DNA of 64,000 bases from Geopsychrobacteraceae bacterium (GTDB lineage Bacteria > Desulfobacterota > Desulfuromonadia > Desulfuromonadales > Geopsychrobacteraceae), in the NCBI GenBank assembly GCA_963662315.1, contig OY759353.1, positions 4,032,001 to 4,096,000 of the forward strand. Direction: 5' to 3'. Below are positions 32,042 through 42,149 of the stretch, piece by piece; within the stretch, counting starts at the first letter, position 1; every line of letters begins with the position of its first letter. Under the pieces are notes generated by a model. That model made no database searches, was not told the origin of the DNA, and saw nothing but the letters and a program-made list of their open reading frames with translations. The position numbers and the translations under genes were made by a program.

Positions 32042-33361
32042 TCAGCTGCCAAACTCTTGGCCGGGAAAGCTGTCAAGACCGGGTACATCGTTTTCTGCAC
32101 TATTATCAGGAGGTGACAGGGGGAGTCTGATGGTGAACTTTGTACCTGTCCCGACAGTTGACTCAATCGCTATTTCACCTCCGTGATTTTTAACGATTTC
32201 ATAGCTTATGCTCATGCCGAGACCGGTTCCCTGACCGACCGGTTTGGTGGTAAAAAATGGCTCGAACACCTTCTGCAGTGACTCTTCTGACATGCCACAT
32301 CCCGTGTCGGCAATGGAGACGATCACATAGGGATCTTCATAATAGCTGGTTACGGTTATTTGGCCGCTTTTTTCAATAGACTGGGCGGCGTTGACCAGAA
32401 TGTTGGTAAATACCTGGGTCAATTCCTGTGAGTTGCATTCGATTTGAGGCAGATCCCCAAGATTTTTGGTGAGCTCCGCCTTATACTTGATTTCATTCCA
32501 GACGATGGCGATGGTACTCTCAATGCACTCATTCAGGTCGGTCAGCTGAATCCCGGTTTGGTCGACTCGTGAGAAGGTTTTCAGGTTCTGGACAATTTTC
32601 CGGACCCGTTCAGCACCATCCAGCGATTCCTTGACCAGATCCTTGCTGTCTTCCAGCAGGTAATCCAGTTTCAGTTTTTTACGCATGTCTTTAAGCTGTT
32701 GCTGCTGCTCCGCGGTCAGTGTTTCTATGACCGATTTTGAATCATCAATGTATTGAATGATGCGATTAATGTATTTATCCAAGGTGCGCAGGTTGCTGGC
32801 GATAAAGCCCATCGGGTTATTGATTTCGTGAGCAACACCGGCCGCCAGCTGACCGATGGAGGCCATTTTTTCGCCCTGAATCATTTTAGATTGGGTATTT
32901 TTCAGCTCGGCATTAAGGAACTCCAGATTTATGGCCATCTGGGTTGCTTCTGCCAGGGTCTTTTCCAGTTTTTCTTCGGTTCTTTTCTGATCGGTGACGT
33001 CTTCTTTAATGATCAGAAAATGGGTTATTTCACCGTTGTCGCTCTGCAAAGGGGAGATCGCAATCTGTTCCCAGATCGGTTCACCACATTTTTTCTTGTT
33101 GAGTAGAGACGCGCGCCATTGTTTTCCGGCCATAAGCGTGGCGAGCATGGACTGCTGATCGATCTGCTCGTGGTCATAAAAAATGCGGGGGGTACGGCCC
33201 AGAATTTCTTCAGCGGAATAGCCCATGACTTCAGAGTATTTACGATTGACGTAGATGATCTTCTTGTCCTGATCCGTAATCAGGACACAGGTGGGACTTT
33301 GTTCGACGGCTGACATCAGAAGCGATGAGCTGATGTTGTCCGTGATTGTAGGATGCAGCAT
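32042..33361 (-). CDS. PAS sensor histidine kinase (NtrB-like)
   Basis: PAS/PAC, GQLAAGVAHEINNP, FEPFFTTK..G.GTGLG. Confidence 0.92.
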   Translation of the reverse strand: MLHPTITDNISSSLLMSAVEQSPTCVLITDQDKKIIYVNRKYSEVMGYSAEEILGRTPRIFYDHEQIDQQSMLATLMAGKQWRASLLNKKKCGEPIWEQIAISPLQSDNGEITHFLIIKEDVTDQKRTEEKLEKTLAEATQMAINLEFLNAELKNTQSKMIQGEKMASIGQLAAGVAHEINNPMGFIASNLRTLDKYINRIIQYIDDSKSVIETLTAEQQQQLKDMRKKLKLDYLLEDSKDLVKESLDGAERVRKIVQNLKTFSRVDQTGIQLTDLNECIESTIAIVWNEIKYKAELTKNLGDLPQIECNSQELTQVFTNILVNAAQSIEKSGQITVTSYYEDPYVIVSIADTGCGMSEESLQKVFEPFFTTKPVGQGTGLGMSISYEIVKNHGGEIAIESTVGTGTKFTIRLPLSPPDNSAENDVPGLDSFPGQEFGS

Positions 33362-33551
33362 ATTATATCCACCTTGTTTCTGTGTTGAGAAACATACCTT
33401 TATCAAAGTTGAAAAAGGGCAGTGGCAGCTTTGCTACCGAAACCTTACATAAGTTTATATAGTGAGGTACCAGGAATTTGTAAATTCTACGATAAAGATT
33501 AATTAATATCAAATAATATTTAAAAAGATCGCGCTAAATTGAATATGGGTG

Positions 33552-34442
33552 TTACTGGTTGCGGGGAAGATATTTGGAAAGTTCGGAAAACAGCATCCCA
33601 CAGAGAATGAGTCCGCAGCCGAGTAACGAGCGTGACGTGAACGTTTCTGAGAGCAGTAACCACCCCCCAAGCGCAGCGAAAACCCCTTCCAGACTCAGTA
33701 GAATGGCGGAGTGCGCCGGGTGAGCGTGGCGTTGGGCAACAACCTGCAGGGTATAGGCGATACCTACGGAAAACAGTCCGCCATAAAGAATGGGAATAAG
33801 TGCCTGAGCAATGCCGGACAGAGTCATGTCTTCCAGAGCAAAAGCGACACCAAAGCTGAGCAGGGAACAAATGGCGAACTGGGCTGACGCCAGCTTCAGA
33901 GCATTCATCTTCGGGGCCAGCCAGCCAATCAGCAGCACATGACCCGCCCAGAAAAAAGCACTGAGAAGAACCAGGAAATCACCGAAGGAGATACTGAATG
34001 CATCGGTGATGCTCAGAAAGTAAAGCCCGACCACGGCCAGAATGGCACCGACCCAGGTGCCGATTTCAGGGCGCTGCTTCCAGAACAAGCCAAAGATAGG
34101 AACCATGACCACGTAGAGTCCGGTAATAAAGCCGGCATTGCCCGCCGTGGTGTAAACCAGACCCGCCTGTTGCAGTGACGCTCCAGCAAACAGGACGAGT
34201 CCGGCAAGAATTCCGCCAACCATAAGTGCCCGGCCGTTTCCTGAGCCAGGAGCGCTGCTTTTTTTGCGCTGGGTTATCATGATCAGAGGTATGAGTGAAC
34301 CACTGCCAATGGCAAAACGGATGGCATTGTAGGTAAAGGGACCGACATGGTGCATACCGACGCGCTGGGCAACAAAAGCAAATCCCCAGATAGCGGCCGT
34401 CAGCAATAACAGCAGATCGGCATGTAAGGTTTTTTTGTTCAT
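33552..34442 (-). CDS. EamA/DMT family transporter
   Basis: IWG.AFVAQ, two EamA repeats, about ten TM helices. Confidence 0.9.
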   Translation of the reverse strand: MNKKTLHADLLLLLTAAIWGFAFVAQRVGMHHVGPFTYNAIRFAIGSGSLIPLIMITQRKKSSAPGSGNGRALMVGGILAGLVLFAGASLQQAGLVYTTAGNAGFITGLYVVMVPIFGLFWKQRPEIGTWVGAILAVVGLYFLSITDAFSISFGDFLVLLSAFFWAGHVLLIGWLAPKMNALKLASAQFAICSLLSFGVAFALEDMTLSGIAQALIPILYGGLFSVGIAYTLQVVAQRHAHPAHSAILLSLEGVFAALGGWLLLSETFTSRSLLGCGLILCGMLFSELSKYLPRNQ

Positions 34443-34607
34443 ACAATACTCGCCAGAGCAATAGGTGAAATGGGTGAAATGAAAACCCGCTTTATATATC
34501 ACGGCCAGCTATTGGCAGTGATAAAAATCGACAGATAATTTCCCCCGGCTCATTGCTTTTTCCCGCCGGGGGCATGGTAAAGTGGGATGTCGATAATGGA
34601 GGGTCGT

Positions 34608-36029
34608 ATGAGCTCACCGACGGTTATTTTCTGGTTTCGTCAAGATTTACGCCTGAATGATAATCCAGGGCTGGCTGCCGCTGCACTGGCCGGCAGGATT
34701 TTGCCCATCTATATTCTCGATGATGAAAGTGCCGGTAACTGGCGGATGGGGTGCGCCAGCCGCTGGTGGCTGCACCATTCTTTACGGGCTTTGAATGCCA
34801 GTCTCAGTGGCCGATTGCGGTTTTTTTGCGGTGATGCGGCAACGCTTATCCCTCAGCTGGTTAAGAATACCGGTGCCCAAGGTGTGTATTGGAACCGTTG
34901 TTACGAACCATGGCGGATTGCGCGTGATACGGTTATCAAAGAACATCTTGGCGAAAAGGGGTGTCCGGCGCGTAGTTATAATGGTTCGTTGCTGTGGGAA
35001 CCCTGGCAGGTCTTGAAACAGGACGGCACCCCGTACAAGGTCTTCACCCCCTACTTCCGTAAAGGGTGCCTGGGCCAGCCGGCACCGCGCAAACTGATCG
35101 GGCGGCCACCTCTTGACCTGCATGCCGACCCTGTTGAGGCGTTAAGTCTTGATCAGCTTCGCTTGTTACCTGCGTTGAGCTGGTACGAAAAGATGGAAAC
35201 CTACTGGCACATTGGAGAGGATGGGGCGGCGCAGGCCCATGCCCGGTTTCTGGAAGAAGGTTTGAGCGGTTACAAAGATGGGCGTGATTTCCCGGCTCTG
35301 GATAAGGTGTCGCGTCTTTCACCTCATCTGCATTTTGGTGAAATATCACCCAACCAGGTCTGGCATGCGACCCAGGCTGCTGGTCTTGCCCAGCAGTGTG
35401 AACATGATCTTGACCATTTCCTGAGGGAGCTAGCCTGGCGTGAGTTTTCCTATTACCTGCTCTATCATTTTCCACGCCTTCCGGAAGCATGTTTTAACGA
35501 GAAGTTCAACCGCTTTCCCTGGACTCAGGATCGCGAGGCTTTTACGGTCTGGCAGTGGGGAAAAACCGGTTATCCGATTATCGATGCCGGCATGCGCGAA
35601 CTGTGGGAAACCGGTAACATGCATAACCGGGTGCGGATGATTGTTGCCTCGTTCCTGGTCAAGAATCAGCTGGTTGACTGGCGTCTGGGGCAAAACTGGT
35701 TTTGGGACTGCCTGGTCGATGCCGATCTGGCCAGCAACAGTTTCGGCTGGCAGTGGGTGGCCGGTTGCGGTGCCGATGCGGCTCCTTATTTCCGCATCTT
35801 TAATCCTCTGGCACAGGGGGAAAAGTTTGATCCCTCTGGTCGCTACGTGCGGCGTTTTGTTCCAGAACTGCAGGAGCTGCCGGATAAATACCTGCACCGC
35901 CCCTGGCAGGCTCCACAAACGGTGCTGAAGAACGCCGGGGTTGTGCTTGGCACCACCTATCCTCTGCCGGTTGTTGATCTGAAGGCGTCTCGCGAGGCTG
36001 CGTTAGCCGCGTATCGGCATGTTAAATAG
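34608..36029 (+). CDS. phrB: Deoxyribodipyrimidine photolyase (cryptochrome/photolyase family)
   Basis: WFRQDLRL.DNP, SRLSPHLHFGEIS, TGYPIIDAGMR, MHNRVRM, DAAPYFRIFNP. Confidence 0.93.
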   Translation: MSSPTVIFWFRQDLRLNDNPGLAAAALAGRILPIYILDDESAGNWRMGCASRWWLHHSLRALNASLSGRLRFFCGDAATLIPQLVKNTGAQGVYWNRCYEPWRIARDTVIKEHLGEKGCPARSYNGSLLWEPWQVLKQDGTPYKVFTPYFRKGCLGQPAPRKLIGRPPLDLHADPVEALSLDQLRLLPALSWYEKMETYWHIGEDGAAQAHARFLEEGLSGYKDGRDFPALDKVSRLSPHLHFGEISPNQVWHATQAAGLAQQCEHDLDHFLRELAWREFSYYLLYHFPRLPEACFNEKFNRFPWTQDREAFTVWQWGKTGYPIIDAGMRELWETGNMHNRVRMIVASFLVKNQLVDWRLGQNWFWDCLVDADLASNSFGWQWVAGCGADAAPYFRIFNPLAQGEKFDPSGRYVRRFVPELQELPDKYLHRPWQAPQTVLKNAGVVLGTTYPLPVVDLKASREAALAAYRHVK

Positions 36030-36206
36030 TTTTCATCCAGAAACGGCCCTTTTCCGCTGTGGCGGTGTCAATCTGCTGGTTTTCTTGTGCGGCGTAAAGG
36101 ACTACGCCTCCGCGCAACCCCTTGATTTCCTTGCCACAACGAAAAAATTCTCGTTTCCAATCTGAAAACTTAACCGTTGCCCTTCGGAGTTTCTGGATGG
36201 CAACTA
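36027..36206. mobile_element. 180-bp MITE-like element
   Basis: Terminal inverted repeats TAGTTTTCATCCAGAAAC / GTTTCTGGATGGCAACTA (16/18); TA at both ends; internal GGCGTA-aaggac-TACGCC hairpin; no coding capacity. Confidence 0.8.
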
Positions 36207-36217
36207 AATAAAAAGGG

Positions 36218-37357
36218 TCAGTTGACGGGTTCCAGCCGATAAAGTCCACCATCCTTTTCGTCGGTCAGAAGGTAAATATAGCCATCCGGCCCCTGACGCA
36301 CATCCCTGATGCGGCCTATTTCATCTTTCAGAAAGCGCTCTTCATGAACGATCTGCTCGCCGGAGAGTTCGAGCCGGACCAGCATCCGGTCCTTCAGAGC
36401 TCCAACCAGCAGATCCCCTTTCCAGGCCGGAAATTTATCACCGGTATAGAAGGTCATCCCGGATGGGGCGATGGAGGGAACCCAGTAGTGCAGTGGTTGT
36501 TCCATTCCCGCCTTGCTGGTCCCTTCACCAATCTTGGTTCCGATCCCATAATTCACGCCATAGGTAATTACCGGCCAGCCGTAGTTACGACCGGGGCGGA
36601 CAATGTTGATTTCGTCCCCGCCTTGTGGCCCGTGCTCATGGGTCCACAGGGCGCCGGTTTCAGGATGGAACGCCGCCCCCTGCATATTGCGGTGCCCCAG
36701 GTCAAATTTTTCAGCGGCCCAGCCTGGTTGGCCGACAAAGGGATTGTCCTGTGGGACGGTCCCGTCGTCATGGAGGCGGATGACTGACCCGGCATGGTCT
36801 CCGGGCCTCTGAGCCCGATCCTTGTCACCTCGGTCGCCCAGGGTGATGAAGAGATGATTCTGATCATCAAAAACGAGCCGCGAGCCAAAGTGGTGTCCGG
36901 TGGAGGATTTTGGCTTCATGCGAAAGATGACGGTAAGGTTTTCCAGCCGGTTCACGTGCAGTTCGGCAAAAGCAACTTCAGTCCCAACCCCTGTGCTGTC
37001 GCGTGCAGTATAGGAAAAATAGATGCGTCTATTGCTGGCAAAGTCAGGATGAAGGGCGACATCAAGGAGCCCGCCCTGGCCATGCCGGGCAATCGCTGGC
37101 AACCCCGCCAGAGGTTCAGACAGATGGGCGTCTTTAACTATACGTAAACGGCCAGGTCGTTCGCTGACCAGGATGGAACCTTCTGGCATAAATGCCATCC
37201 CCCACGGGTTTTCAAGATTGCCGGCGAGTTTGATCACCTGCAACTGGTAGTCCTCAGAGGTAAGAGGTCCTGCCGGTCCGCTGAATGCTGTCAGCAGCAC
37301 GATAGCAAACGGACCGAGCATAAATGAGACAAAGCCGGCAAATCGCATGCGGTTCAT
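36218..37357 (-). CDS. PQQ-dependent aldose sugar dehydrogenase (YliI/Asd family)
   Basis: L..PWGMAF, GQGGLLDV.LHPDF, HFGSRL, GHRN.QG, EHGP.GGDE.N, GRIRDV.QGPDG. Confidence 0.92.
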   Translation of the reverse strand: MNRMRFAGFVSFMLGPFAIVLLTAFSGPAGPLTSEDYQLQVIKLAGNLENPWGMAFMPEGSILVSERPGRLRIVKDAHLSEPLAGLPAIARHGQGGLLDVALHPDFASNRRIYFSYTARDSTGVGTEVAFAELHVNRLENLTVIFRMKPKSSTGHHFGSRLVFDDQNHLFITLGDRGDKDRAQRPGDHAGSVIRLHDDGTVPQDNPFVGQPGWAAEKFDLGHRNMQGAAFHPETGALWTHEHGPQGGDEINIVRPGRNYGWPVITYGVNYGIGTKIGEGTSKAGMEQPLHYWVPSIAPSGMTFYTGDKFPAWKGDLLVGALKDRMLVRLELSGEQIVHEERFLKDEIGRIRDVRQGPDGYIYLLTDEKDGGLYRLEPVN

Positions 37358-37443
37358 GGATAAACTCCTTTTGAAAGGCGTTTAAGCTGACATCTGTGAA
37401 TTGAATGGCAATGGATATATTACCACAATAGTAATGAAATGAT

Positions 37444-38472
37444 TCAAGAGGAGGGGAGGATTAATGGTTGCAAATTGCCGATATCGACACCCGGCAGGTG
37501 TTCGACCTGACGGAGAATGTGGGTCAGCTCGTAGTGACGGGGATGGCCAGGGAGGTGTACGGCGCGAGCCAGGAAATCAGTTTTGGTAAAAGTTCCCCAG
37601 TTGACCAGCTGACTCAGGTAGACGCCAGTATTCAGGCTTGCAGCCAGCTCCACAAACCTGGGGATCTCGATGAAATTATTGTTTTGCACAACCATACTTA
37701 AGGTCAGTCTAAACGGCTGGCGGGCCAGGTATTTCAGATTAATCAGCAGTTTTTCAAAGGACCCGCCCGGACGATTGCTCTGATAGGTGGCAGCGGTCGC
37801 TGCATCGACCGATATTTCAGCGGCGCTGACACGCTGATGCAGATTGTTGAACTGCTGCCAGCGCTGCTCCGTCCACAGTTGTCCGTTACTGTGCAGGCGT
37901 AGCTTGGCCCCCTCTGCACCCTGTGCGTTCAAACTGGCAAGAATCTCCAGGTAAGCGGGGCTGACAAACGGGTCGCCGAAACCGCTCATGGTCACTTCCG
38001 TGGCAAAGGGGAGCAATTGTTCTTTGACGATAGCCGTTATTTTTTCGATCTGCAGCTGTTCCTGCGGGTTCATGATCAAATGGTGCTGACGGCAACTGGG
38101 GCAGGCCAAGTTGCAGCGAAGGTCGAAGCAGAGGTTGAGCTTCTGCGGGGAATAGCTGAGTTCTGAAGTCGGAGCGGCCAACGCCTCCCGGATTTCAGCC
38201 TTGGCAATCTTGTTGAGCTGCTGGACCGGTTGCCGATGCGCCAGTAAAAATGGGCAGCGACTTTTGCTGCAGTTGTGAAAACTGCCGTTTTTGACGCTTT
38301 TGCGTAATTCCCGGGCTGTCGGACTGTTCCAGATGTTGCTTAACGGTTTTTCAAGCAAGTTACCAATGGGGCGTTTCAGCCAGGCCGGGCAACATAAAAA
38401 GACACTCCCGTGGCGGTGAATCTCAAACCATTCGTAAGGGCGTGTGCAGGTCAATTGCGAGGTGTTTTTCAC
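37444..38472 (-). CDS. Radical SAM protein with N-terminal SPASM/twitch-like domain
   Basis: N-terminal C..P.....G.V..CC......GN......IWNS...C....CP, then CNLACPSC and GDP motifs. Confidence 0.8.
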   Translation of the reverse strand: MKNTSQLTCTRPYEWFEIHRHGSVFLCCPAWLKRPIGNLLEKPLSNIWNSPTARELRKSVKNGSFHNCSKSRCPFLLAHRQPVQQLNKIAKAEIREALAAPTSELSYSPQKLNLCFDLRCNLACPSCRQHHLIMNPQEQLQIEKITAIVKEQLLPFATEVTMSGFGDPFVSPAYLEILASLNAQGAEGAKLRLHSNGQLWTEQRWQQFNNLHQRVSAAEISVDAATAATYQSNRPGGSFEKLLINLKYLARQPFRLTLSMVVQNNNFIEIPRFVELAASLNTGVYLSQLVNWGTFTKTDFLARAVHLPGHPRHYELTHILRQVEHLPGVDIGNLQPLILPSS

Positions 38473-38786
38473 CGGATGCTTATCTCCTTTGGGGGCCTAT
38501 CATAGCCTGTTTCTGTTCGGTGACCACTTTTTTTTAAGTATGTGCGATCGTCATTTGTCTTATTGCTATGTTACATCTTTCCCTCTGGGGGGGGAGGCGA
38601 TCACAAGCGGAGCAGTCCGATGCGGATCTGGATTAGTTTTTGCTCACAAATAAGGGTGGCATGTTGCTGCTAAATCAGGTATGTTCTGCATCGTTGATTG
38701 CTATTTAGGGGGTAAAAAAATATTTCCGGTATGGCTCAAACTTTGACAGGCCATGCTTTCAACCCACTTCCACCAGGAGGGACTCT

Positions 38787-39308
38787 ATGTTCAAAAAATT
38801 AGCATTGTTACCACTGTTGTTTGTTGTTCTGTTTGTGTTTGCCGGTTGTGGCGCACAGACAGCCAAAGTCAACACACAGAAACATAATGGCAAGCCGATT
38901 GTGGTTCTGATCAATGACGGACAACTTTCCAACCTTAATGGTGAGCAGAAGTATGAACTTAATCGCGTTTTAGAATGGCAGAAGCGGGATATCATCAAGC
39001 AATTGAAACGTGCTCATTTTGATGCTCAATTGATTGAGCGCAAGCAGGATTACCGCCAGCAAGACGGTTTGTTATGGATCCTGACGGTAAAAGATTTCAA
39101 TGCAGGAAACCGTGCTCTGCGTGCTTTTGTCGGCTATGGTGCCGGATCTACTTCCCTCGATATGAAATTCGACCTGCAGAGCCCCAAGGGGAAGTCTCTG
39201 GATCAGTGGGAGGATGGAGTAGGTTCCAGCAAAGGTGGAACCTACTGTGCCCAAACCCTCAATCGACGTGGTGTTGAGCGGGTTATCAGTGTTCTGAATA
39301 AGCAATAA
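38787..39308 (+). CDS. Lipoprotein, DUF4410-like
   Basis: Lipobox FAGC; G.RA.R..VG.GAG motif; AGGAGG RBS. Confidence 0.75.
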   Translation: MFKKLALLPLLFVVLFVFAGCGAQTAKVNTQKHNGKPIVVLINDGQLSNLNGEQKYELNRVLEWQKRDIIKQLKRAHFDAQLIERKQDYRQQDGLLWILTVKDFNAGNRALRAFVGYGAGSTSLDMKFDLQSPKGKSLDQWEDGVGSSKGGTYCAQTLNRRGVERVISVLNKQ

Positions 39309-39319
39309 ACGTTTTATTT

Positions 39320-39357
39320 GTTATCAGTTGCCCGATCTGGACCGGGCAACTGATAAC
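39320..39357. terminator. Perfect 15-bp hairpin after the lipoprotein gene (terminator or stabiliser)
   Basis: gttatcagttgcccg / cgggcaactgataac; no clear U-tract. Confidence 0.5.
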
Positions 39358-39464
39358 CGTCTCCCCCTGTGGTTTACAGTCCGGTTTCAGATCTGCTACT
39401 CTATAAAAATTCACTTTTCGCATTTATTTTTCATTAACTGGCAACCGAATGAGGTGGAAACTCT

Positions 39465-39959
39465 ATGCATCCTCGTGCCCGGCAACTGATCAGTCAACTT
39501 GGTTTGCAGCCGCATCCGGAAGGGGGCTATTTTCGTGAAATGACCCGTTCTGGACTTGCTGTCCATTCTGACAATGTTCACGATTTAAGACCCGCTTTTA
39601 CGGATATCTATTTTTTGTTGGTTGCCGGTCAGGTCAGCCACTGGCATCGGGTTCAGCATGATGAAATCTGGCATTTTTATGAAGGCAGCCCGTTGCGCCT
39701 GTTAAGTCTTTCGGCAAACCTGGATGCACTGCGTGACCTGACTCTCGACCCTCAGGCCTGCTGCTTCAAACAGGTCATCGCGGCATATGACTGGCAGGCT
39801 GCCGAGTCACTGGGCGATTACACCCTGGTCGGCTGTACTGTGGCTCCCGGTTTTGATTTTCGTGACTTCCGCATGCTCAAGGACCTGCCGGAAGTTGCTG
39901 CAAAGGTCTATCGGGATTTCCCTGATTTCGGACGCTTTGTTACCACGACTCCTGGCTGA
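39465..39959 (+). CDS. Cupin superfamily protein (DUF985/cupin_5)
   Basis: L.PHPEGGY.RE, S.WHRV..DE.WHFY.G, WQAA, LVGCTVAPGFDF.DF. Confidence 0.92.
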   Translation: MHPRARQLISQLGLQPHPEGGYFREMTRSGLAVHSDNVHDLRPAFTDIYFLLVAGQVSHWHRVQHDEIWHFYEGSPLRLLSLSANLDALRDLTLDPQACCFKQVIAAYDWQAAESLGDYTLVGCTVAPGFDFRDFRMLKDLPEVAAKVYRDFPDFGRFVTTTPG

Positions 39960-39994
39960 CCGCCCCCGCGGCGACAAAACGATAAGGGGGTATT

Positions 39995-40183
39995 TTGTCT
40001 GCACTCGCTACTGACGTTGTCATTATAGGCGCAGGGGTAATTGGTGCATCGATTGCCTTTCAACGGACGAAAGCTGGTCTAAAGGTTGTTCTGGTTGATA
40101 AATATGATCCTCCCTTCCTCGTCCTTGTTCTCGATGCTGCGTGCAGACTCGGAGAGTGGCGCACGCCTGCTGCAGATTTATAG
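39995..40183 (+). pseudogene. N-terminal fragment of an FAD-dependent oxidoreductase
   Basis: DVVIIGAGVIGASIAF..K.G.KV.LVDK dinucleotide-binding start, then unrelated sequence and a stop. Confidence 0.6.
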
Positions 40184-40381
40184 CGCAAAAATCTTGATCC
40201 GACCGGGGCAGAAAGGCAGAGTAATATCCATCAGTGGTGAATCTATGCTAAAAAGGAGTTTGTTGAAAATCTGTGTTGCCGCGAGGTCACGGGTTTTCCG
40301 GTATTGAAAAATTGTTACCCTGCTTAATTTGGGGCGTAGTTTCCTAGTGACTTACTTGTTGCCCGGTTGAATATTATCCCT

Positions 40382-41272
40382 ATGTCTGCCACCTCTGTCA
40401 GTGTTTCAAAACCTAGAACAAATGTCTCCCGTCAGATCTTCGGGTGGCTGGCCATATTTTTATCGGCGTTCTGTTTCTATTTGTCCACCGTGATCATTCG
40501 CTGGTCCAGAGGGGCAGTGACTATCGATTCTTCCTATTTTGTTTTCGCACGGTTTTTTGTCGGATTTATTGTGGTTGGCATGTCGTTGTTGTGGCAACGC
40601 CAATGGATCAAGCCAGTCCGCTATCATTATCTGATTGGCAGGACGGTGACCAATGCCTTTGCCGTCTTGTGTTTCTTCAAGGCGGTTGAACTTGGCTCTT
40701 TGGCGGAAGCAAATATCCTCAATATGACCTACCCGTTGTTTGTCGCCGTTCTCTCCTGGTTTTTTCTGCGTGGCCAGCGTGACGGGAAAACCGTGGCGAT
40801 TGTCATTGTCGCCATGATTGGTATCTGGATGGTGCTGTTCCCCGAAGAATTTCATTTCGGGATCGCCAACATGTGGGGGTTAGGTTCCGGAATTACCGCG
40901 GCAGCAGCGATGATTTACCTCAATGTCAGCCGCCGCTATCACGATTCCGAAACGATTCTGTTCTTTATGTTCGGTCTTGGTTCTTTGTTGATTTATCTGT
41001 TTTTCCATCAAGCTTTTTTCATTCCGAATCTGCATGAATTTGCATTTCTGCTCGGTTGTGCCTTGGCCGGGATTGCAGGCCAATATCTGCTGACCTTCGG
41101 GTTCTTGTATGTGACGGCGGTGGAGGGGTCAATTATCAGTTCTTTGCGGATTCTGCTGGCAGCAATTCTCGGACCGCTGTTGGTCAATGATCCTGCCCTG
41201 CCCCTGGCGGGCTGGTGTGGAGCCGTACTTATTTTTACTGCCAACGTCGTGTTGGCTCTGCGCCGCAAGTAA
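40382..41272 (+). CDS. EamA/DMT family transporter
   Basis: Two-repeat hydrophobic pattern, FARF, A..LN.TYP.FV. Confidence 0.88.
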   Translation: MSATSVSVSKPRTNVSRQIFGWLAIFLSAFCFYLSTVIIRWSRGAVTIDSSYFVFARFFVGFIVVGMSLLWQRQWIKPVRYHYLIGRTVTNAFAVLCFFKAVELGSLAEANILNMTYPLFVAVLSWFFLRGQRDGKTVAIVIVAMIGIWMVLFPEEFHFGIANMWGLGSGITAAAAMIYLNVSRRYHDSETILFFMFGLGSLLIYLFFHQAFFIPNLHEFAFLLGCALAGIAGQYLLTFGFLYVTAVEGSIISSLRILLAAILGPLLVNDPALPLAGWCGAVLIFTANVVLALRRK

Positions 41273-41351
41273 GCACAAGCCCATTAACAACGGGATCTGG
41301 TTTATGCTTATCGAGGGGGAGGCAACCAAGTCGCGGCCAGGGTGAGTGGCT

Positions 41352-42044
41352 TTAGCCAGGAGGGCTGAGTTCGGTCAGCTTCTCAGTCACCTTCCTGAGG
41401 CTTGAAAAAATCTCCTCACGACTGGCCTGATTTTCTATGGCGGCTTTGACGGCCGCATCGCGCAGGCAAAAGCTGAGGGATGACAGCAGGTGCAAGTGGG
41501 CTCTTAAGGTTGGAGAGATCAGGCAGAACATGGTATGGATCGGTTTGCCGTCCAGGGCGTGAAAATCGACCGGTTCTTCCATAAAGGCAAGGGTGACACT
41601 GGGTCTGGTGATATGCAGCAGCACCGGATTGCGGGGGTGGGGGATGGCAATACCGTTGCCGACCCCGGTTGATGCCAGCTCTTCCCGAGCGTTCAGGACC
41701 TTCAATAAATAATCACGATCGACTTCTTCGGGAAGGCGTAGTTCATCGACCAATCGTGACAGCGCTTTTTCTCGAGTATTGCCGTCCAGGCGATAAACAA
41801 TACCACCGGTCTCCAGCGATTCCACCAGTGATGGCAGTGGTGCGCCGATCGCTTCCGGTTCATGAAACGCTTCCGGAGAGATCCCCATGCGCCTTGAGGT
41901 CGCCCATTCTAAAAGCTCAGCCCGGTTGAACCGGTATTGTTCATTGACCCGGTAAACAGGGAGTACTTCCTGCTTGATCCAGCGATAGATGGTCTTTTCT
42001 GAAACGCTCAACAGCTCGGCGGCTTCTTTTACAGAAGTGTTCAT
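41352..42044 (-). CDS. Excisionase-type HTH (HTH_17) fused to PTS EIIA (Ntr/Fru-type) domain, paralogue 1
   Basis: SVKEAAELLSVSEKTIYRW...YRF.R.EL.EW; REELASTGVGNGIAIPHPR with phospho-His. Confidence 0.88.
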   Translation of the reverse strand: MNTSVKEAAELLSVSEKTIYRWIKQEVLPVYRVNEQYRFNRAELLEWATSRRMGISPEAFHEPEAIGAPLPSLVESLETGGIVYRLDGNTREKALSRLVDELRLPEEVDRDYLLKVLNAREELASTGVGNGIAIPHPRNPVLLHITRPSVTLAFMEEPVDFHALDGKPIHTMFCLISPTLRAHLHLLSSLSFCLRDAAVKAAIENQASREEIFSSLRKVTEKLTELSPPG

Positions 42045-42126
42045 TGATGTCCTAAAGGAGGCAGGTGATGTCGTACGGCAACTGTCAACTGAGTGGCTGC
42101 CTCTTCCTCCACCTGCATTTAAAAAA

Positions 42127-42149
42127 TTGATAATGGCGAGCATTATCAA
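42127..42149. promoter_or_regulatory. Fur-box-like palindrome overlapping the -10 of the leftward promoter
   Basis: TTGATAATG-gcgag-CATTATCAA; 15/19 match to GATAATGATAATCATTATC. Confidence 0.6.

Noticed and set aside
36022..36252. 76-aa minus-strand ORF between phrB and the sugar dehydrogenase
   Set aside because: Runs through the MITE and overlaps both neighbours; not transposase-like.
38657..38672. TGGCAT...TGC as a sigma54 promoter
   Set aside because: GG-to-GC spacing is 9 nt rather than the required 10.
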